DNA of 64,000 nucleotides from Haliotis rufescens (taxonomy: Eukaryota). This document shows, piece after piece, positions 60,601 to 64,000 of the stretch. The notes beneath the pieces are model-generated. The model was not told the DNA's origin. It ran no database searches and worked only from the letters and a program-made list of their open reading frames with translations. The stretch is from assembly GCF_023055435.1 (NCBI RefSeq), contig NW_025964001.1, forward strand, positions 41,416,001 to 41,480,000, in the 5' to 3' direction. Position 1 is the first letter of the stretch; every line of letters starts with the position of its first letter. Made by a program: the position numbers and the translations under genes.

Positions 60601-61820
60601 ATGGAAATGGCCCTGGATCACGTGTTGTTGCAGAGAGTGGATTATGTGGGGAATGCAGATAATATGGTGACAGAAAATAACACCCTGTTTCAATCTGTCT
60701 TCCGGAAGCACTGGTCATCAGTCCATGCATCATGGCACTATGATGATCGAGAATCTCCAATTGTAGAATATACAATGGCCGCAGGTACGTGTGATAAGAT
60801 TATGTCTCATCAACCTATATCTTGTTCGCTTAATCTTTTGGGAGTGGAAAAGTGTGTGAGTGTGTGCGTGCTTGTGCGTGAGAGAGTGCGTTCATGTCTG
60901 TAGTGACCTGCCCCACCGGCGACACCTGTCGCAAACACATGCAAAGGCAAGTTCTTTGATCACCTGAAAAAACACGGGAAAGCATCTGTTGTATTTAAAG
61001 ATGACTCACATCACATTTCTTAATACAAGGAGGCAGCTACAGGGTGACAAATCTAATTTGTATGTCTTCCATTTTAACACTCAAGAATTCATCTGCAATA
61101 GCAATTGCTCTTTTCAATATGACTTTGACTTTTTACTGTGCTGTTACTTGTAATTTCATGTGCACGACATGTTCGTCATTGTACCATTAGCATCAGTCAA
61201 GTATACAGTCAGATTTACAAGTAACACGTCTATTTTTGATGTGACGTATTGGTACCCAGATACCTTTGGTGTTATAATTTACACGTAATGAGAGAAACAT
61301 AGATCAAATTAGTGTGATGCCAATACAATTATTGTCTTGTAAAGGTACTGTCCCCGGAGGAACTCAGGTGCTGAGGTATAAGAGTGTTGGCAGACATGCA
61401 CATGGAACTGTGTCTGGTCTGAGGCTGTCTCACAAACAGAAACTATACCTGACCATCACAGCCAGGAATGCTGCTGGCCTCACCACTGTATCCCACCCTG
61501 AACCCATCACTGTCGACATGACTCCACCAATGTTTTTACACGTCAATGATGGAGATGGTAAAGTGAAATACTTGTGGTTTCTGTCAAATCACATATTTAG
61601 ATTTAATATATCAGATTTACAAAATGAGTCATCAATGTTTCAAACAGTCGTATAATTGCATTTAAATAGTTATATCCATTGATTACGTACATGTCACATT
61701 AAGAATGTTTCATTATTCCTGCAGGAATGGACATTGACTACCAGGCTATGGGCGATGTATACTTAAACTGGGCAGTCGAGGACCCAGAGTCGAGTATTCT
61801 GCACTGTAGCTGGGCAATAG
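18667..61820 (+). CDS. Giant uncharacterised multi-exon protein with tandem FN3/Ig-like repeats and a carbohydrate-binding-like domain (partial, 44 exons, ~2,900 aa in window)
   Basis: Phase-compatible GT-AG exons: 18667-18924, 19378-19522, 19750-19954, 20227-20379, 20533-20884, 21199-21505, 21827-21953, 22058-22294, 22406-22615, 22779-23050, 23202-23361, 23472-23693, 23949-24099, 30562-30845, 31012-31209, 31433-31568, 31699-31745, 31928-32051, 32910-33139, 33495-33659, 33778-33949, 36349-36603, 36858-37078, 37773-37878, 38074-38190, 45053-45185, 51184-51358, 51959-52235, 52920-53106, 53580-53794, 54170-54402, 54612-54765, 54892-55070, 55786-55923, 56025-56190, 56479-56617, 56712-56833, 56937-57076, 57286-57433, 57549-57743, 57900-58103, 60026-60784, 61345-61557, 61725-61820. 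Recurrent motif DxDYQ..WxGFxDxESGI..VGTxPG..YYVTVxAxNxAGL..SDGVxxDxTPP. Confidence 0.9.
19591..19622. repeat. (GACA)n microsatellite
   Basis: ggacagacagacagacagacagacagacagat in an intron. Confidence 0.9.
24166..27060 (+). mobile_element. DIRS-type element H: 5' region, gag and YR; pol deleted, 3' end missing
   Basis: gag from ATG 24514 (R/S-rich, then ORF 25165-25896) directly followed by YR (~25898-26880: LYDDKW, AARVSEIHAI, LCPVCAL, HPHEVRA, CFWRSTSVFASHYL). Confidence 0.82.
27068..27489. repeat. Three diverged tandem copies of a ~140-bp unit
   Basis: Units start at ~27071, 27212 and 27351 (tttagttaccttg...gagcattaaccat). Confidence 0.9.
27510..30313 (+). mobile_element. DIRS-type element G (same family as E), 5'-truncated and multiply deleted
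   Basis: High identity to E gag (ADFSALLKSQM...). RT YSTYFLFTKKDGGFRPILNL...SIDLKDAYLH. YR almost wholly deleted. ICR 30098-30190; shortened right ITR ending CAGGTTTGTATGA. Confidence 0.88.
34283..35725 (-). mobile_element. SINE-like repeat family 2, split by mini-B (34283-34353 + 35523-35725)
   Basis: Rejoined halves match the copies at 53156-53406 and 55517-55746; (AACC)n tail. Confidence 0.85.
34354..35522 (+). mobile_element. Miniature non-autonomous DIRS of family B (1.17 kb)
   Basis: Both ITRs and the 3' extension match element B. The interior is the 5' UTR plus stitched gag fragments, with no pol or YR. The ICR lacks ~25 bp. Confidence 0.92.
36124..36308 (+). mobile_element. tRNA-derived SINE family 1
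   Basis: A box (agcctagtgg), degenerate B box, (ACTC)n tail; homologous to 59618-59789. Confidence 0.85.
38247..38611. repeat. 51-bp minisatellite, 7 near-identical copies
   Basis: Unit atttacagaaactatatgtaccactgttgtcattgacctcataatactacc; explains the 17-aa-repeat ORFs on both strands. Confidence 0.95.
39917..40650 (+). repeat. Four tandem 183-bp (61-aa) repeats in gag of E
   Basis: LGDDPRPSFGSGSRSLPSVVVAGTGPCTTDAQFSLAEPDASSEAEASTSGYLARSQVGSL repeated; single copy in G. Confidence 0.93.
41470..44160 (+). pseudogene. pol and YR remnants of DIRS-E
   Basis: ORF fragments 41631-41900, 41917-42366, 42615-43193, 43260-43682 and 43777-43971, with stops and deletions. Confidence 0.88.
45207..50847 (+). 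mobile_element. DIRS-type retrotransposon F (related to C), complete termini, strongly decayed
   Basis: ITRs ~45218-45432 / ~50592-50810 (about 10 mismatches); ICR 50450-50533. Remnant RT (LPFGI, YLDE, LGWLINFQKS), RH (HINYLEYEAVI), MT (YAFPPP) and YR. Confidence 0.9.
49739..49990. repeat. ~131-bp tandem duplication in the F 3' region
   Basis: agaagtcaccat...gataaacgggt occurs twice. Confidence 0.9.
51569..51858. mobile_element. Tc1/mariner-pogo-type MITE
   Basis: TIRs c(c/t)gtattttcttgagtatagt, flanked by TA on both sides; internal repeats of tgtataatgcgcaccccc. Confidence 0.85.
53156..53406 (-). mobile_element. SINE-like repeat family 2
   Basis: Matches the other copies in the window. 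Confidence 0.85.
55173..55337 (-). mobile_element. Short Penelope-like insertion with inverted repeats and 13-bp flanking direct repeat
   Basis: CATTTAAGGTAAC at 55160-55172 and 55338-55350. A 35-bp inverted repeat (55203-55237 / 55306-55340) encloses a hammerhead motif. Confidence 0.72.
55252..55291 (-). ncRNA. Minimal type I hammerhead ribozyme motif (U3-A8 variant)
   Basis: Minus strand: UGC-UUGAUAA-A-GGUGU(UAGGAUCU)ACACC-GAAAC-GUC^GCA. Confidence 0.72.
55517..55746 (+). mobile_element. SINE-like repeat family 2
   Basis: agacctgtgataggtcttcagcaacccat...gctggaatattgctgagtgcggcgttaaacaacaaaccaacc. Confidence 0.85.
56199..56300 (-). mobile_element. tRNA-SINE family 1 fragment
   Basis: Reverse complement of the B box-to-tail part of 59618-59789. 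Confidence 0.75.
58170..59263 (+). mobile_element. Probable Helentron-associated non-autonomous element with internal tandem units
   Basis: Three diverged units (cagtagtttc...ccattgcagacac at ~58692, 58901, 59060), aagggtcataact motif, (GGAC)-like tract and short 3' hairpin. Boundaries approximate. Confidence 0.5.
59290..59910 (-). pseudogene. Penelope-like RT C-terminal remnant, split by a SINE
   Basis: YPPEL...SYLDLFI...HDKRNDFNFQIVNFP...NIPAAQALAVYMSQLSRYNRACS...FKKFY. Confidence 0.8.
59618..59789 (+). mobile_element. tRNA-derived SINE family 1, full length with 10-bp TSD
   Basis: A box tagcctagtgg, B box ggttcgattcc, (ACTC)n tail; TSD CTTGTCATGC at 59608-59617 and 59790-59799. Confidence 0.92.
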
Positions 61821-61861
61821 GTATGCAACATATTCAAAACAGAACATGTGCAATATTCGAA

Positions 61862-62009
61862 CTATAAGATGGTGGTCTGTAAACAACGGAGTCTCCAGGA
61901 CAATCTAGTGATTGACACCAAATCATTGGGATACGATGACATGCGTCAACCAAGTCAGGGAGCCTGCCTCCCCGATACCTTTACTCGCCTCTTACAAGTA
62001 TTGGTTGAT
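61862..62009 (-). mobile_element. SINE-like family 2 fragment abutting the LINE tail
   Basis: Degenerate match to the family-2 body. Confidence 0.7.
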
Positions 62010-64000
62010 GGAGTGAGTGAGTGAGTTAAAATTTAAAGTCATGTCGGCAGTATTCCAGCCATATCGTGAATAAATCAAGATGTGCAGGAATATTATATAA
62101 ATATGGACTATAATATCTATCGACAAAGGACAGTAAAATCACTAGACTATCACAGATATAGATTTAAAGCTAGCATGTTTCCATTAAAAATGACAGGATC
62201 AGGTGGTCAGGTTTGCTGACTTGGTTGATACATGTCATCGATTCCAATTGCGTGGATCAATGCTCATGATATCAATCACTGGATTGTCTGGTCCAGACAC
62301 GATTATTTACAGACCGCCGTCATATTGCTGAGTGTGGCGTTAAACAACAAACAAACAAAACCTAACCATAAAAAATCTGACTATTCTCATCAATACATTA
62401 TAAAATTGGGCTAGAGATCACCAGCAACCAAAGTGAGGCCACCATACTAGGGACCATGGGGACTTACGGTACATCTGCTTCCTGCATGGTACCCCAGCAG
62501 GATTCACACCATCCCTACTGGTGATTGTTAGACATTTTAAGCCAAAAAGTTTTTAAAAACAACAAATATTCTACGATTAAAATCCAGAAAAATGAAACAT
62601 ACATTGAAGGAAGTGGGACTTACGCACCCTCTCTGGGGGTCAATTATTTTACGATACTTCAACCCCCTTTGAAGGTACAGCCACTAACAATCACAGTTAT
62701 AGAATCATTCTACCAAATTAAAATCACATGCTTTTTGCAATACATATACCCCGGTAATCAAAGTTTATCTATTAACTCAGTTTCTTTGAAAAATCCAAGA
62801 ATTAAATGAGAACTTACATTAAAAAGATCCTTCATAGATGAAACCTGGAAATAATTATCCCTTGTGATGGAAAAATCAACAGTCAAGCAGGATATGCTTG
62901 GGTGTGATTCTTTCATCACAAGGGATACAGAATGGAGGATCTTCACCTTGCAATAAATACTCATGTGTATAACGCGAATGGCCAATATGACATCGTGGCA
63001 TAATGACCTCATCAAATCTGGACTGACAACCCAAGTAAGTGTATCCGATAGTTGGTTTTATTGCATGCAATTTATGTAATGGTCAGTAGCAAGGTCTTTA
63101 TATAGTTCTAAAATGTCTAAAATGAATGGATGACTTGAAGAGCTTGATTTTATTGCCTGTAGACATGATAAAGAATCTGAAAAGATGATGAGCTGTTTAT
63201 AACTGGACTGTTTTTGGATATATTCCAAAGCAGTTAAAATGCTTTGGCTTCAGCTGTGAAAATTGAGCTATGGTCTGGTAATCGGGATGATAATGTTTTT
63301 GATCCAATGACAGCAGCACTGGAGACTGTGCTACCATCATTGCTCCATCTGTATTTATTTCAAACTTATATATATTCTTGTTGATGTATTAATTGATTTG
63401 TGTCTTGATTTTTTTAAATGTGTGAGAGTAAAGTCTACTTCCGGTCTGACAAGTTGCCAAGGAGGAGAAGACAAAAGCCTGAAAGGAGAAATATTATCAA
63501 GATTAATATTGGCAGCTGTAATGTGTGGTTTAATCCGAATGCCTAGAGGTGGTACCAGCTTAGGCTCACTGTGAAAAAGTTGTTTGTAAAGTGGTTGAAA
63601 AACACAGTTGTATGCAGGGTTTAATGGGTTAGAATGTAATTTAGTAATGTATTGTAGTGATAATTTGATACAGCGTTGCTTCAATGAAGGTTCATCAGCT
63701 TCAACATATAGGCTGTCAACAGGAGATGTTCGAAATGCACTAAATGCTTCCATGTGGTATCATACGCTTTTTCTAAATAAAAAAAGATTGATACTGCATG
63801 CTGATTATTGATAATTGCATTTTTGACAAAAGATACTAAACGTACCAGATGGTCAATGGTACTTCTTTTTTGACGGAAACCACATTGAATGTTACTTATA
63901 AGATTGTTAATTTCCAAGTACCACACCAGTCGATTGTTTACCATTCGCTCCATGGTTTTGCACACACAGCTGGTTAGTGATATTGGTTGGTAATTGGATG
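62010..64000 (-). mobile_element. I/Nimb-group LINE remnant (RT, RNase H, C-terminal zinc knuckle, 3' UTR, (ACTC)n tail)
   Basis: CKTMERMVNNRL...QCGFRQKRSTIDHL; AFRTSPVDSLYVEA; TDGS...SIFTAEAKAI...FSDSLSCLQAI; GHSRYTH...PFCIPC...KHILLDC. Tail at 62010-62069. Confidence 0.88.
62195..62360 (+). mobile_element. 5'-truncated SINE-like family 2 copy inside the LINE 3' region
   Basis: ggatcaggtggtcagg...gtggcgttaaacaacaaacaaac. Confidence 0.8.

Overview
Eukaryotic invertebrate genomic DNA; the repeat families and gene type suggest a mollusc/lophotrochozoan (inference, not proven). The backbone is one giant + strand gene. I traced 44 consecutive GT-AG exons (18667-61820, 8727 nt, about 2,900 codons, all phases compatible, no stop seen, open at both window ends). 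They encode tandem fibronectin-III/Ig-like modules (WxGFxDxESGI...YYVTVxAxNxAGL...SDGVxxDxTPP) plus one carbohydrate-binding-like jelly-roll exon. Its introns hold eight DIRS-type tyrosine-recombinase retrotransposon insertions (about 34 kb, at least 4 families, labelled here A, B, mini-B, C, E, F, G, H). These include a three-level nest (C<-A<-B) that also contains an Academ-like DNA transposon. Also present: two SINE families, an I/Nimb-type LINE, Penelope remnants (one with a minimal hammerhead ribozyme), a TA-MITE and several tandem repeats. Most notable observations: (1) a covariation-supported multi-stem RNA structure in the 3' non-coding region of two diverged DIRS copies (C and F); (2) DIRS targets that resemble the element's circle junction or sit at the centre of a perfect 42-bp palindrome; (3) sense-biased DIRS pile-up in an apparently intact gene, with AG|GT ratchet-like motifs at some DIRS 3' ends. 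All coordinates were read by eye and no database searches were run.
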